Below are positions 26,723 to 39,632 of a DNA stretch of 64,000 bases, in pieces (the first letter of the stretch is position 1; every line of letters starts with the position of its first letter). Below the pieces are notes generated by a model. The model had not been told where the DNA came from. It searched no databases and saw only the letters and a list, made by a program, of their open reading frames with translations. The stretch is from contig NC_043004.1 of assembly GCF_006345805.1 (NCBI RefSeq), positions 98,952,001-99,016,000 on the forward strand, given 5' to 3'. A program made the translations under genes and the position numbers. The DNA comes from Octopus sinensis (Eukaryota).

Positions 26723-27573
26723 GTATTGTGGTGTGGTGTGCAAGAGAGACAATTGCGCTGGTATGGTCATGTGGCGAGAATGGATGAAGATAGGTGTGTG
26801 AGAAAGTGCCAATCCCTAGCAGTTGAGGGAACTCGTGGAAGAGGTAGACCCAGGAAAACCTCGGACGAGGTGGTGAAGCACGACCTTCGGACGTTAGGTC
26901 TCACCATGGAAATGACTAGAGACCGAGACCTATGGAAGTATGCTGTGCGTGAGAAGACCCGGCAAGACTAGTGAAGCCATAACCCGTGGCCCTTACCTGG
27001 GACGTAGTCAGTCCACCTTTCTTGTGACACTTGTGAAGACCTGTTGAGGCAAGTGAAAATCAAATCAAATCAAACCAAATCAAAATAGATGAACATCAAT
27101 GGAATTTGTATCCTTGTGGTACCAGTGCCGGTGGCACACAAGAAAACCATCCGAACATGACCGTAGCCAGTACCGCATCGACTGGCCTCCGTGCTGAGGG
27201 CACGTAACAAACACCATCCGAGCGTGGCCGTTCGCCAGCCTCGTCTGGCACCTGTGTCGGTGACACATATGAAAACACCATCCGAGCGTGGCTGTCTGCC
27301 AGCCTCGTCTGGCACCTGTGTCGGTGGCACATAAAAAACACCATCCGAGTGTGGCCGTCTGCCAGCCTTGTCTGGCACCTGTGTCGATGGCACATAAAAT
27401 CACCCACTACACTCTTGGAGTGGTTGGCGTTAGGAAGGGCATCCAGCTGTAGAAACACTGCCAGATCTGACTGGCCTGGTGCAGCCTTCGGGCTTCCCAG
27501 ACCCCAGTTGAACCGTCCAACCCATGCTAGCATGGAAAGCGGACGTTAAACGATGATGATGATGATGATGATG
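26723..27573 (+). mobile_element. RTE LINE 3' end: ORF2 C-terminus, ~600-bp 3' UTR with ~63-bp internal repeats, (GAT)n tail
   Basis: ORF 26726..26971 RQLRWYGHVARMDE...RGRGRPRKT...DRDLWK is the typical RTE C-terminus. CACCATCCGAG recurs at 27212, 27276 and 27339; the element ends AAACGATGATGATG. Confidence 0.92.
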
Positions 27574-28071
27574 ATATATATTATATATATATATGGCTGA
27601 GTATGGCTGCTCTTTCTGGTGAGTTGAATGGCCTATCAGGGCCATTCCTTAATATTGTTGAAAATATATATATTATATATATATATATATATATAGATAA
27701 ATAGATAGATAGATAGATATACACACACACATATATATATATATATATACAGCATGTGTGTGGGAGAAAGTAAGGGAGGTGAATATTAATGCTTGCCTCT
27801 CCTTGTCATGATATTGCACGGTTGCTGTAAATGATTGTCATTCACTCCCAGTGTTCTTTAAAACCTGTTTGACCATGGGGCAACATTACATTGCTTGGAA
27901 AAAGGTGAGAGTTGGTAAAAAATGATGGGTCTCCAGCCATTGTAAACCTACCTTGCTACACACTGACCAACCCATGTAAAGCATGGGAAAGTGGACATTA
28001 GGACAATGGTTTGGATCATCAAATATGTTTAATTTTTGGATTATTATTATCATTATTATTATTATTATTGA

Positions 28072-28599
28072 GTAAGAGAGCAGTTCATGCCATCAAAGTG
28101 ACACTGGGGTAAAATATACGAAGCCCAATATACCCATCATGACTACCCGTCTGATAAAGGTACACCAGGCACATGCATCACAACCATATGTGTGCGACAT
28201 GATGATCTCATATCAAGATAAACAGCACATGACCTTGCAGGTAGGGCCCAGTTAGAATTTTCTTCAGGTTGAGTAGCCCATCCCGCTCAAAAGATCCCTG
28301 AATAAGGATTGTTTAAGGATGTTGAAAGAACCACCCATGTTTCCAGAGGTGAATTATTCAAACCCCAAAGAATCCCTCTCAACACATGGCTATGATGCTC
28401 CCCCACTACTTCTGCTCGTGATCAGAGATGCACATATCGTCAGCCACTAAAGGACATGCTCAACTGGTTAAGGTCAAACAACTGACAAACAAATCTGTGG
28501 TATTGAGCAGAATATTTGCTGTAGCCCATCTTTTATACCAAGACAAAACAATGTACATGATAACAATTCCAATCAGTTAAGATCAGAAGCCATGAGAGC

Positions 28600-28600
<1 letters not shown>
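28072..28600. mobile_element. Unclassified ~530-bp insert embedded in an (ATT)n tract
   Basis: Higher-complexity block with sharp boundaries and (ATT)n on both sides; no ORF similarity recognised. Confidence 0.45.
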
Positions 28601-28661
<61 letters not shown>

Positions 28662-29187
28662 TATTATTATATGGATGATGAGCTCCATGCAACGTTAGGA
28701 ACTTTCTTGACTTCCTGTCCATTAGCTCCTCCTGAGTTCACTTAGGGATTCCAGTGCCATACCGAACTACTGCGATTGCACATACCGAACTACTGCGATG
28801 GCAGGTGTGGGAAGGTCAAGCGGTCTTCTCTGGTCATACTTGCTTGCAAGTGACAGCTAAGCTTTGTGTGTGTGATATTTTATGTGTTACGCTGATCTTG
28901 TCATAAAGTAGAGCTCACTGTTTGTATTGAGTGCTTATATTTGTTATTAGCATTGGATATAAAGATTCTCACACACCATCACATGCACACAGACACGTGC
29001 ATGCAAACACATATCTTTTCTATCTTTCTGTTTATACAGCTATCACCAACTATTGCTCTTTTTCTCTGTCTCTCCCTGTGTTTCTCTCTTCTCTCTCTCA
29101 ACATACAATCTATATACATATGTATATATGATTGTATGTATGTATGTATGTATGTATGTATATATCCATCCATCCATCCATCCATCC

Positions 29188-29255
<68 letters not shown>

Positions 29256-29388
29256 CTCTATATAAATATATATATATATGTACATATGTGTGTGTGTATA
29301 TATATATATATATATAAATGCGCACATACACACAAACACACACACACACATACATTTATATATATATAAAAGACATATATGTATGCAT

Positions 29389-29461
<73 letters not shown>

Positions 29462-29469
29462 TATATATA

Positions 29470-29515
<46 letters not shown>

Positions 29516-29996
29516 TATATATATATGCATGTATGTATGTATCTATGTATGTATGTATAATACGTGTATGTGCACAGACAGGCACAGAAACGTATATAAA
29601 TTTAATGAAATTCAAAACATTTTGTTGGCAATAATGGATGGGTATGTAACAACAGTCAATAGTATAATGTTATTGTTAGTCAAGCATTTAATTCCATAGA
29701 TTTTATACATCGCTTGATGAAACTAATCATGACAGCTTCTAACATATTTCACACTTGAACAGATTTTTGAGAAATTAGGGTCATTAATTGGTCCAAATTT
29801 TCTCGTTGATCTGAATAAACTTTGGTTTCCATGTCACCCTATTGAAGGACATCATTGTGACTAAAATACAGGGAAGAGAATAATAGAGGAGTTGGACCAT
29901 TTTTTACTCGATTATCTCTTAAAGTGTGTTCTATTTTCAAAACAAATCCAAATCTGATTAATTTTGGCAGTGCTCTCTCTCCTATTTATTTGAACT

Positions 29997-30375
29997 GTGG
30001 AGGCGCAATGGCCCAGTGGTTAGGGCAGCGAACTCGCGGTCATAGGATCACGGTTTCGATTCCCAGACCGGGCGTTGTGAGTGTTTATTGAGCAAAAACA
30101 CCTAAAGCTCCACGAGGCTCCGGCAGGGGATGGTGGTGATCCCTGCTGTACTCTTTCGCCACAACTTTCTCTCACTCTTACTTCCTGTTTCTGTTGTATC
30201 TGTATTTCAAAGGGCTGGCCTTGTCACTCTCTGTGTCACGCTGAATATCCCCGAGAAGTACGTTAAGGGTACACGTGTCTGTGGAGTGCTCAGCCACTTA
30301 CACGTTAATTTTATGAGCAGGCTGTTCCATTGATTCGGATCAACCGGAACCCTCATCGTCGTAACCGACGGAGTG
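29997..30375 (+). mobile_element. SINE family C (tail type 2)
   Basis: GTGGAGGCGCAATGGCCCAGTGGTTAGGGCAGCG...GGTTTCGATTCCC head, shared core, distinct tail ending GTAACCGACGGAGTG. Confidence 0.88.
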
Positions 30376-30775
30376 AAAAATGGAAATTTATTTGAAATCC
30401 ACACTGTTGAGAGGTTTACATTGGACTAAAACTTCTATGTAGATATTGGACTGTTTGAATCAAAATAGTGCATGGACAACATATTCCTGAATGAGCTAAT
30501 TGAGGAAGTTTTAGTAAGATCATTTGATCTGCTGAAAGTAGTTGCCATTTCTTTCCTCAAATTACTCTCTAACAACTTAAATATAGAAATATACCATACA
30601 TATTGTATTGATCCACTTTCTTTTCATCCTCCTCATCATCATTATCGTTTTAACATCTACTTTTCCATGTTTGCATGAGTCAGACATGAGTAATTTGGGA
30701 CAGGGTTTTTCTATGGCAGGATGTCCTTCCTGTCACCAACCTCAATTAAATCTATGTGAGATAATAATTTTCGAT

Positions 30776-30812
<37 letters not shown>

Positions 30813-30841
30813 CCATCCTCATCATCATCATCATCATCATC

Positions 30842-31235
30842 ATCATCGTTTAATGTCTGTTTTCCGTGCTAGCACGGGTTGGATGGTTTGACCAGGGCCT
30901 GGGAAGCCAGGAGGCTGCACCAGTCTCCAATCTGATCTGGCAGTGTTTCTACAGCTGGATGCCCTTCCTAATGCCAACCACTCCATGAGTGTAGTGGGTG
31001 CTTTTTACGTGCCACCGGCACAGGTGCCAGGGGAGGCTGGTAGCATCCACAATCGGTTGGTGCTTTTTACATGCTACCGGCACAGAAGCCAGTCAAGGTG
31101 GTGCTGGCATTGGCCACGTTTGGATGGTGCTTTTTACATGCCACTGGCACAGGTATCACAACTACAATTTCCATTTGATATTTATTTCGATATTTATGTA
31201 CTTGACTCTATAGGTCTCCTCAAGCACAGCAGATC
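30842..31235 (-). mobile_element. RTE 3' UTR fragment with (GAT)n tail
   Basis: Reverse complement of the 27070-27573 type sequence. Confidence 0.85.
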
Positions 31236-31537
31236 ATGTGCCACCGGATATGTTGATATATAAACAGAGGTGATGATGAAGGTGTTTGAGGCCCATTTAA
31301 CATGTCTACTTATTTAGAGGTGACACGGAACTAAACTATAACAAGCTCATTTAATTTCAAATCCACTATAGGGATTTTTTTGTTCTTTCTGTACAGAATA
31401 TTCTATTCTGCATTGCTTGAAGTTCACTGTTGCTTTGTAGAATGATAAAACTCAAACCATAATGAAAATCAGCAACTGTCTAACTTCTTATCAACCACCT
31501 CACCAACAACAACACTGAACACCTTTTTGATCTCCAT

Positions 31538-31812
31538 GTGTCTAACACACGTGGACATGCCTACAAAATCAGAAAACAACACAGCTCCCAGGACTTTCGG
31601 AAACATTTTTTCACGCCCAGAGTTGCTGAAGCATGGAACAAACTGCCTGCGTCAGTTGTTGACTGTCATGACACTGCATCCTTTAAGGCCCTCATGCTTT
31701 CCGAAATCCGCCGAAACTACACCTGATTATATATACACTTTAGATGAGTTGTAGTGCACCTGAGCACTGTACACAATTATTATTATTATTATTTTTATTA
31801 TTATTATTATTA
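31538..31812 (+). mobile_element. CR1-clade LINE 3' end with (ATT)n tail
   Basis: TRGHAYKIRK...FRKHFFTPRVAEAWNKLP is the classic CR1 C-terminus (TRGHxxKL...RxxFFxxRVxxxWNxLP), followed by a short UTR and (ATT)n. Confidence 0.88.
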
Positions 31813-32374
31813 TCCAGGGAGAATATTCGCCTCTAACTTCTCTAAATTCAGGAAAACAATGTGTAACATTCATTTCTCTTGTGTCTTGTTGAAACAGGTG
31901 GTGGCTGGTATTATGTTCTATAGGAAGCAGAGGAAATGGAAGATTTGGAATTGGTTGTTCATCTGAGTGAGGGCAAAATTCTTTTTTCTCTTTCAGATGA
32001 ATAGTCAGTCTTAAAAATGTCCAGTGTCTTTTCCCCACTGCGTACATAGTAATCTAAATTCATGAATTTCATCAGATAATTGGTAGAGATGGATGCACTG
32101 TGGCTGAATGGTTAAGCAGTTGTTCCTAACCTTGAAGTTCAAAGTTCGATTCTACAATGTGGTATTATGGAACAAGTGTCTTTTACTATAGCCTTAAGTT
32201 GTCCCTTCTTTTGTGTGCGTGAAGTTATGTGGACAGAAAATATATGGAAACCTGTTACATAGATTGTAGCGGTAATTCAAACGCTGAGCTTGAACATCAC
32301 ATGTAATGTATTGGTTCTGCATGAGAAATGTATTTTGGAGTACACAAAGCTGAGGAATACTCAGCCATTTATAT

Positions 32375-32432
32375 GCTAATTTAATATGCATAGTTGTTCA
32401 GTTAACTGAACAACTATGCATATTAAATTAGC
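32375..32432. repeat. Perfect 58-bp spacerless palindrome
   Basis: GCTAATTTAATATGCATAGTTGTTCAGTT|AACTGAACAACTATGCATATTAAATTAGC. Confidence 0.98.
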
Positions 32433-32854
32433 TCTCTGTTGGAAATTTCAACTAAGATCCATTTCACTACATAATCAATACCTAGAATTGATTTGTTTTC
32501 TATGGGACAGTGATGTGATGGTATTTAATGTCTATTATCATTGTTATGGCTACAATCATATCTGACTGGTGAGATGTTGGCTAACTACAGACATTGTAAT
32601 GGATCCTCGGTCAGTTTCAACAGAGAGTATTCAATTATTTAATCACCTGTACTCCCTACTCATTAAATTAATGTGTAAGAAGTTGAGTGTTTTACGTATG
32701 AACCCCTTAACATAATTCCCAGCAGAGCCAGTGTAAAACAATGTAACAAGATTGTTCTTTAATACCAGGAAACTATTGAAATTCTAAAAGGGCTCAAGAG
32801 AGATTCACAATGGTGTACTGCTTCTCTATCCTGATCGGTCTGCTGTTACACATG

Positions 32855-33124
32855 CAGACACCCTAAACTGCATCCAGAGAAGAGCCACTCAACTTATTGC
32901 TATTCAAACTACTTATAGAAAAATACGGCTTCTGGCCCACACGCATGCTGTCTTCTCACTCTTTTCTACCCCTAGTATAATGACCTCTGTTCCTCAGGAC
33001 TGGTTGGTCTTGAACTTCCACCATTCAAGCATGACATCACACTTGTTACTCCACCTCCCGTCAGCCTTGTAATGTCCAATAACCCTGGTCTCCAGACTAA
33101 CCATTACGTCAAGTTCTTCCTCTC
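32855..33124 (+). mobile_element. Old L2/Crack-like LINE 3' relic
   Basis: Translates as LNCIQRRATQLI...LLAHTHAV...YNDLCSS, resembling LDRIQxRAxRLI...LxHRRxVxSLxxFYRYYxGxCS. Confidence 0.45.
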
Positions 33125-33548
33125 CAGGAGTGGCTGTGTGGTAAGTAGCTTGCTAATCAACCACATGGTTCCGGGTTCAGTCCCACTGCGTGGCACCTTG
33201 GGCAAGTGTCTTCTGCTATAGCCTCGGGCCGACCAAAGCCTTGTGAGTGGATTTGGTAGATGGAAACTGAAAGAAGCCTGTCGTATATATGTATATATAT
33301 ATATATGTGTGTGTGTTTGTGTGTGTGTGTCTGTGTTTGTGCCCCTAGCATTGCTTGACAACCGATGCTGGTGTGTTTATGTCCCCGTCACTTAGCGGTT
33401 CGGCAAAAAAGGGACTGCTAGAATAAGTACTGGGCTTACAAAAGAATAAGTCCCGGGGTCGATTTGCTCGACTAAAGGCGGTGCTCCAGCATGGCCGCAG
33501 TCAAATGACTGAAACAAGTAAAAGAGTAAAAGAAAAAAAGAGAGTAAG
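33125..33548 (+). mobile_element. SINE family A, full length
   Basis: Family A head, core and tail. Confidence 0.9.
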
Positions 33549-34059
33549 AATATTGATCCCTGGGAAATTTCTCCTTGCTCGTGTTTTATGTTGAGGTGTT
33601 GACAGGCAATGATTTAAACAGAACATTAACAACCTCATATCACAAAGATCCTGCAAAATTCATAAGCACTGCCTCTTCTTCCAGACTCAACAACAGAAAG
33701 AAAAACACTCCATCTGCTAGCCTTCCTCATATATTCCATTTACCCAATTTCATTCGCAATAAAAGGGCTTCTAATTCACCAAATCATGGAAGACATAATT
33801 GATTACCTTTATAATGGTTTCTTTTTGCTTTCATGATTTTGCTACTGTGCTGTAAATATTCTATGGGAATAACATTAATTTAAGTTCTGCCATAATACAA
33901 GCTGCAACAAGCTACATCTTTTATGACCTGAAAACATCAGGTCGTATCTGTCTCTAAGCTTTTATCAGTATCTAACATTACATATATACAGGAATATTTC
34001 AGTTTCATTTCTCCAAAATCATCTGTATTTACTGCCATTTAACCTCATTCCACTCTTTA

Positions 34060-35400
34060 TTATCATCCTTGCAATGACAATCAAACATTCCTCATAAAGT
34101 CTCTCCACAATTCACAATTTTCCATTGCTCATGGAAACTGTTCCTTACTGAGGTTTGTATTGTCTGAGATTTGATCAACGAATGCTCAAGCAGGTCTTCC
34201 TCTACTGCATCTCCCATGAGTTGGGTCCCACAATACTAGCTCGTGTATAACTTCCTGCTTACTTCCCCAGCAATGTCCTTCATATTGTAACCATCTTTGA
34301 GCAACTTTGGTTGTTATCTTGGACAAGTTTCAGTATAAACAATCATTTATTTTGTTTATTTTTTTTTTTATTATTTAGTTTCAGCTCATAAGCTGTGGCC
34401 ATGCTGGGGCACCGCCATTTGGTGTTGCTACATGATTTTACTTCATGAATGCTTTTTTAGCAAATGCCATCTGGTGCATGAGAGAGTTCGATGCAGCTGC
34501 CCTCATCTGCATCTCCTGCCGTGAAGTTGGTTCATCTGGGACACCTGACAAGAAGAGATCCAGTTTTATTTTAAAGACATCTGCATCCTCCCCATTTAGG
34601 TCTCTCAGGTTCTTTGGGAGGATATTGAAGAGCTGTGGGCCTCGGAAGCCCAGGCTAACACAGTATCTTGTCCTACATCTTGATGGCAAATTTGGAGTCC
34701 TTGACACTATGCAGTGGCGCCCAGTTCTGGCATTTGTGTAACTCTCGATGCCAAAGTTTGGGACAAGTCCTTCTAGGATCTTCCAGATGTATATTATGGC
34801 ATATCTTTCTCGCCTACGCTCTAAGGAATAGAGTCTCAATCACTTGAGTCTTTTCCAATAGCTTATATGCTGCACAGAAGCTATCTTCTTCATGTAGCTT
34901 CGTTGGATTGCCTCAAGTTCTGTGATTAACTTGACACTGGATGGTGACCATAGCTGAGAGCAATAGTCAAAGTGGCTTAGGACAAGTGTCCTCCAGAGGA
35001 CCATCACGGTTTCTTGGGCTCTTGTTCTAAAGGTTCTAAGAATCCATCCGGTCAGCCGCCTACATTTCATTGCCAATTTAGCAACATGCACATTTGTAAT
35101 ACATTGATGTCAGACTATGTTTTGTATAACCCCAAGCTTTTGAATGTATGCATTATCTGTTTCTTCTCAAGTGCTTGTGTCAGAGTCCATGTACCTGATC
35201 CACACCACAAAGCTAAACTCAATAGTTGTTCTAAGGAATATTTTGATTTTTCCAAGTAGATCTGACTTCCATATCATTTCCATTTTGTTCATTGCAGTTA
35301 GGGCTTTGGTAATTCTAATGTCAATGTCCTTTATTGATGAACTTATCCAGCTGGCCAAATATAGATAATCATCAAATCAACTTAGTAGTCTGCCATACTG
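34060..35400 (-). mobile_element. RTE-X-like LINE 3' region interrupted by a nested CR1-like LINE
   Basis: 35358-35100: SSIKDIDIRITKALTAMNKMEMIWKS. 34345-34060: KITTKVAQRWLQYEGHCW..QEVIHELVLWDPTHGRCSRGRP. The two halves read continuously (HQCITN/DCLY) once the insert is removed. Confidence 0.75.
34348..35098 (-). mobile_element. CR1-like LINE 3' end (ORF2 C-terminus, short UTR, A-rich tail)
   Basis: ORFs 34840..35091 (LWRTLVLSHFDYCSQLWSP...LEAIQRSY) and 34438..34839 (LYSLERRRERYAIIYIWKIL...RGPQLFNILP...FKIKLDLFL) are typical of CR1-group ORF2. Confidence 0.9.
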
Positions 35401-35479
35401 CTCATTTTCTTGGCTTAGTGACATGAACACTGTCTTGGTAACATTTTTGTGTAGACCAATTATCCTGGTAAGATAAAAG

Positions 35480-35720
35480 CTTAAAGCCCTGAGGAAAGAG
35501 TAAAGTTATGGAAGTTACTCCGATGACCTCGCCAGATAGTTAAAGGAAATATTGACAAGGTATTTGTCAATACCTTACCTATTGATGTTGGTGATTTTAC
35601 AACGCAGGAATTGAGAAATATAACTGACACGAAATAAAAAAACTACAGGCCTGGATAATATATCAGTAGAAGCATGGAAAGTATGCACGAACAATTTGCT
35701 ACTTTTTACAAAGCCTCACA
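35480..35720 (+). mobile_element. LINE (probably RTE-X) pre-RT fragment, inverted relative to the adjacent piece
   Basis: Frameshifted translation TLPIDVGDFTTQEL...GLDNISVEAWK resembles the FTxxEL...GxDxIxxExWK region preceding LINE RT. Confidence 0.5.
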
Positions 35721-35907
35721 TATTTCTGTTTTATATATACAAATGAAGCCAGCTGATGGAGTCCTCACCATACCTGCTAAAATAGTGACAAATAACGACC
35801 ATAGAAACGTACATGTTGATACATTTGTTTGTGTGTAAAAATAATTAAATAATTCTACCACCAGTCATATATTTATATATATATACATATACATACATAT
35901 ATATATA

Positions 35908-36305
35908 GGCGCAGGAGTGGTTGTGTGGTAAGTAGCTTGCTTACCAACCACATGGTTCTGGGTTCAATCCCACTGCGTGGCATCTTGGGCAAGTGTCTTC
36001 TGCTATAGCCTTGGGCCGACCAATGCCTTTTGAGTGTATTTGGTAGACGGAAACTGAAAGAAGCCCGTCGTATATATGTATGTATATATGTATTTGTGTG
36101 TCTGTGTTTGTCCCCCTAGCATTGATTGACAACTGATGCTGCTGTGTTTGCGACCCCGTTACTTAGCGGTTTGGCAAAAGAGACCGATAGAATAAGTACT
36201 GGGCTTACAAAGAATAAGCCCCGGGGTCGATTTGCTAGACTAAAGGCGGTGCTCCAGCATGGCCACAGTCAAATGACTGAAACAAGTAAAAGAGAAAAGA
36301 GAGAG
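35908..36305 (+). mobile_element. SINE family A, full length
   Basis: Family A head, core and tail. Confidence 0.9.
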
Positions 36306-37578
36306 ATATATATTTGTAAGCTAACTTATTGCTTATGAAAAAGTGTTAAAATACTTAACACTGGGAGAATATTAATTTTTGCGACAAATATATACTCAGG
36401 AGACAAAAGAATTAAAAAATCAAAACTAATATGAGCCAATGATGAATATTATTCAATGTTTTCACTATAGGAGATAGTTTTTTGGATAAGATTTTGGCTA
36501 ATTTCTATCTTATTAATAATGTATAACATCCACTGTATTTGTTGAAGATGTGCTAAATGAATTGTTAAGTGAAGGTTCATAACTGACGGAAACCAGACGT
36601 GCTTAAAAATTAAATAATTCTTAAGCTAAACTATAGTTATGTGGATGGTAACATATTCGATGTAGTGAAAAATTATAGAACAAACTAGAAATGTGTATTC
36701 TGTGTAAAATAACCCTTTCTAGTATAGGCAGAAAGGCCTGAAATTTGGTGAGAGAGGGTAAATTGATTACATCAACCCCAGTGCATAACTCTTACTTATC
36801 TCTTCAACACTGAAACAATGAAAGGCAAAGTTGACATTTGTGAAACCTAAACTCAGAATATGAAGATGGACAATCTATCCCTAAGCATTTCATCTGGTGT
36901 GCTAATGATTCTGCCACCTCACTGCCTTGTATTCAATGAAAAAATTATAAAAAAGAAAATATCATTCATTGATGAATGTTATTTCAATTTCTTTTACAAA
37001 ATATACAAAACAAGTTCTGGTATGTTTCAGTATTATTCTGATCTCATCAGCAAAGTGCAGTCTTCAAGTATCTGCCTTGATTAGGATAATGGATACTTTC
37101 AGTAAATGTACTTGTTTGCACATTTGTTGGAGAATGTAAAATTATAGGTCATTAGAGATGAAATAATTCAGAGGTACTAACTATATGGAAAATTATGTTC
37201 TTTTATTCTTTTACTTGTTTTGGTCATTTGACTGTGGTCATGCTTGGAGGGATTTAGTCAAACAAATCGACTGTAGAACTTCTTTCTTAAGCCTAGTTCT
37301 TATTTTATTGGTAGCTTTTGCTGAACAGCTAAGTTACAGGGATGTAAACACAACAACACTGGTTGTCAAGCAGTGATGAAGGACACAGAGATGAACACAC
37401 ACACACACACATAAATACACACACACACACATATGTATATATACAATGCGCTTCTGACAGTTTCCATCTACCAAATCTACTCACAAGGCTTTGGTTGACC
37501 CAAGGCTAGAATAAAAGATACTTGTCCAAGATGCTATGCAGTGGAACTGAACCATGTGGTTAGGAAGCAAGTTTCTTA

Positions 37579-37966
37579 TTTCTTTACTGCCCACAAGGGG
37601 CTACACACAGAGGGGACAAACAAGGACAGACAAAGGGATTAAGTCGATTACATAGACCCCAGTCTTATTTAGGATGAAAGCCAAAGCCAACCTCGGCAGA
37701 ATTTGAACTCAGAACATAGCAGCAGACGAAATACCTATTTCTTTACTACCCACAAGGGGCTAAACACAGAGGGGACAAGCAGGGATAGACAAACGGATTA
37801 AGTCGATTACATTGACCCCAGTGTGTAACTGGTACTTAATTTATCGACCCTGAAAGGATGAAAAGCAAAGCCGACCTCGGCGGAATTTGAACTCAGAACG
37901 TAACGGCAGACGAAATACGGCTACGCATTTCGCCTGGTGTGCTAACGTTTCTGTCAGCTCACTGCC
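37579..37966 (-). mobile_element. SINE family B dimer with 19-bp TSD, inserted in the head of an older SINE A (about 37195-37995)
   Basis: TSD TTAGGAAGCAAGTTTCTTA at 37560-37578 and 37967-37985; same GCAGACGAAATAC|CTATTTCTTTAC junction as the trimer at 21369. Confidence 0.88.
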
Positions 37967-38123
37967 TTAGGAAGCAAGTTTCTTACTACACAGCCTTGCT
38001 TTTGATGATTAATTTAGCTTCAATTTCTTTAATGGAAAGGGAATAAAAAGCTAACTAGAAAGAATTTTGTCTGAAAAAAAATAGAAACAGTGTTAGCAAG
38101 TGACTGATTTCTAAACAATTAAT

Positions 38124-38326
38124 CTTACTCTTACTTGTTTCAGTCATTTGACTGTGGCCATGCTGGAGCACTGCCTTTAGTCGAGCAAATCGACCCCGGG
38201 ACTTATCTTTTGTAAGCCCAGTACTTATTCTATCAGTCTCTCTTGCCGAACTGCTAAGTGACGGGGACATAAACACACCAGCATCGGTTGTCAAGCAATG
38301 CTAGGGGGAAAAACACAGACACACAA

Positions 38327-38366
<40 letters not shown>

Positions 38367-38531
38367 ACGACAGGCTTCTTTCACTTTCCGTTTACCAAAT
38401 CCACTCACAAGGCATTGGTTGGCCCGGGGCTATAGCAGAAGACACTTGCCCAAGATGCCACGCAGTGGGACTGAACCTGGAAGCATGTGGTTGGTAAGCA
38501 AGCTACTTACCGCACAGCCACTCCTGCGCCT
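38124..38531 (-). mobile_element. SINE family A, full length
   Basis: Reverse complement of family A. Confidence 0.9.
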
Positions 38532-39180
38532 AATACTAATTTTCTGGACACAAAATCCAGTTTCAATGTTTCTATTATGACTATTTTCACAGTACAGAGG
38601 AACTTTGCTGTTGCAGTCAGAACAAGTGTGATATATGCCTCAAGTTAATTTCCATACTTATTGACAAACAGAAAATAATGAACATTTATTTTTGCTGTTT
38701 TTTCCTCATCACATTTATTTCTAGTTAGTTTGTGCTTGTCAATGCATTAAATATTTTTACCAGAATTAACCATTTAAATAATGATTACCGGAATCAACCA
38801 TTTAAATAATGATTTTTCTTATCACTAAAGAATGTATTTTTAATTAGTTAAAAATGCCTTGGATCACTATGTCAAATATGTTACTGCCCACTTTACTATT
38901 GAACTTTTGTGCAGGAGATGTCCACTTTCATTTTTCGCAAGCCACTGTTCTAAATTATAAAACTACTCACTGCACTTTCATAACAACCCTATATTCTTAT
39001 AAACTTCTCTTTAGTCATTTAAAATCTGCAGTAAATAATACACATGCTTCACTGAGGAGATCTAATAAACCTGAAACATGTCTGGAATTGACATTCAAAT
39101 CGTTAATATCAGATTCAATCCACTTCATTACATAATTAGATTACATATACATTTAGCAGTATATACACATACCAAACAAT

Positions 39181-39632
<452 letters not shown>

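Noticed and set aside
29997-30075. tRNA-like sequences in SINE heads
   Set aside because: They continue into SINE cores and lack a complete cloverleaf/acceptor stem, so they are not tRNA genes.
32060-32085. Minus-strand CTGATGA plus AATTC/GAATT hairpin
   Set aside because: GAAA and the cleavage arm are missing.
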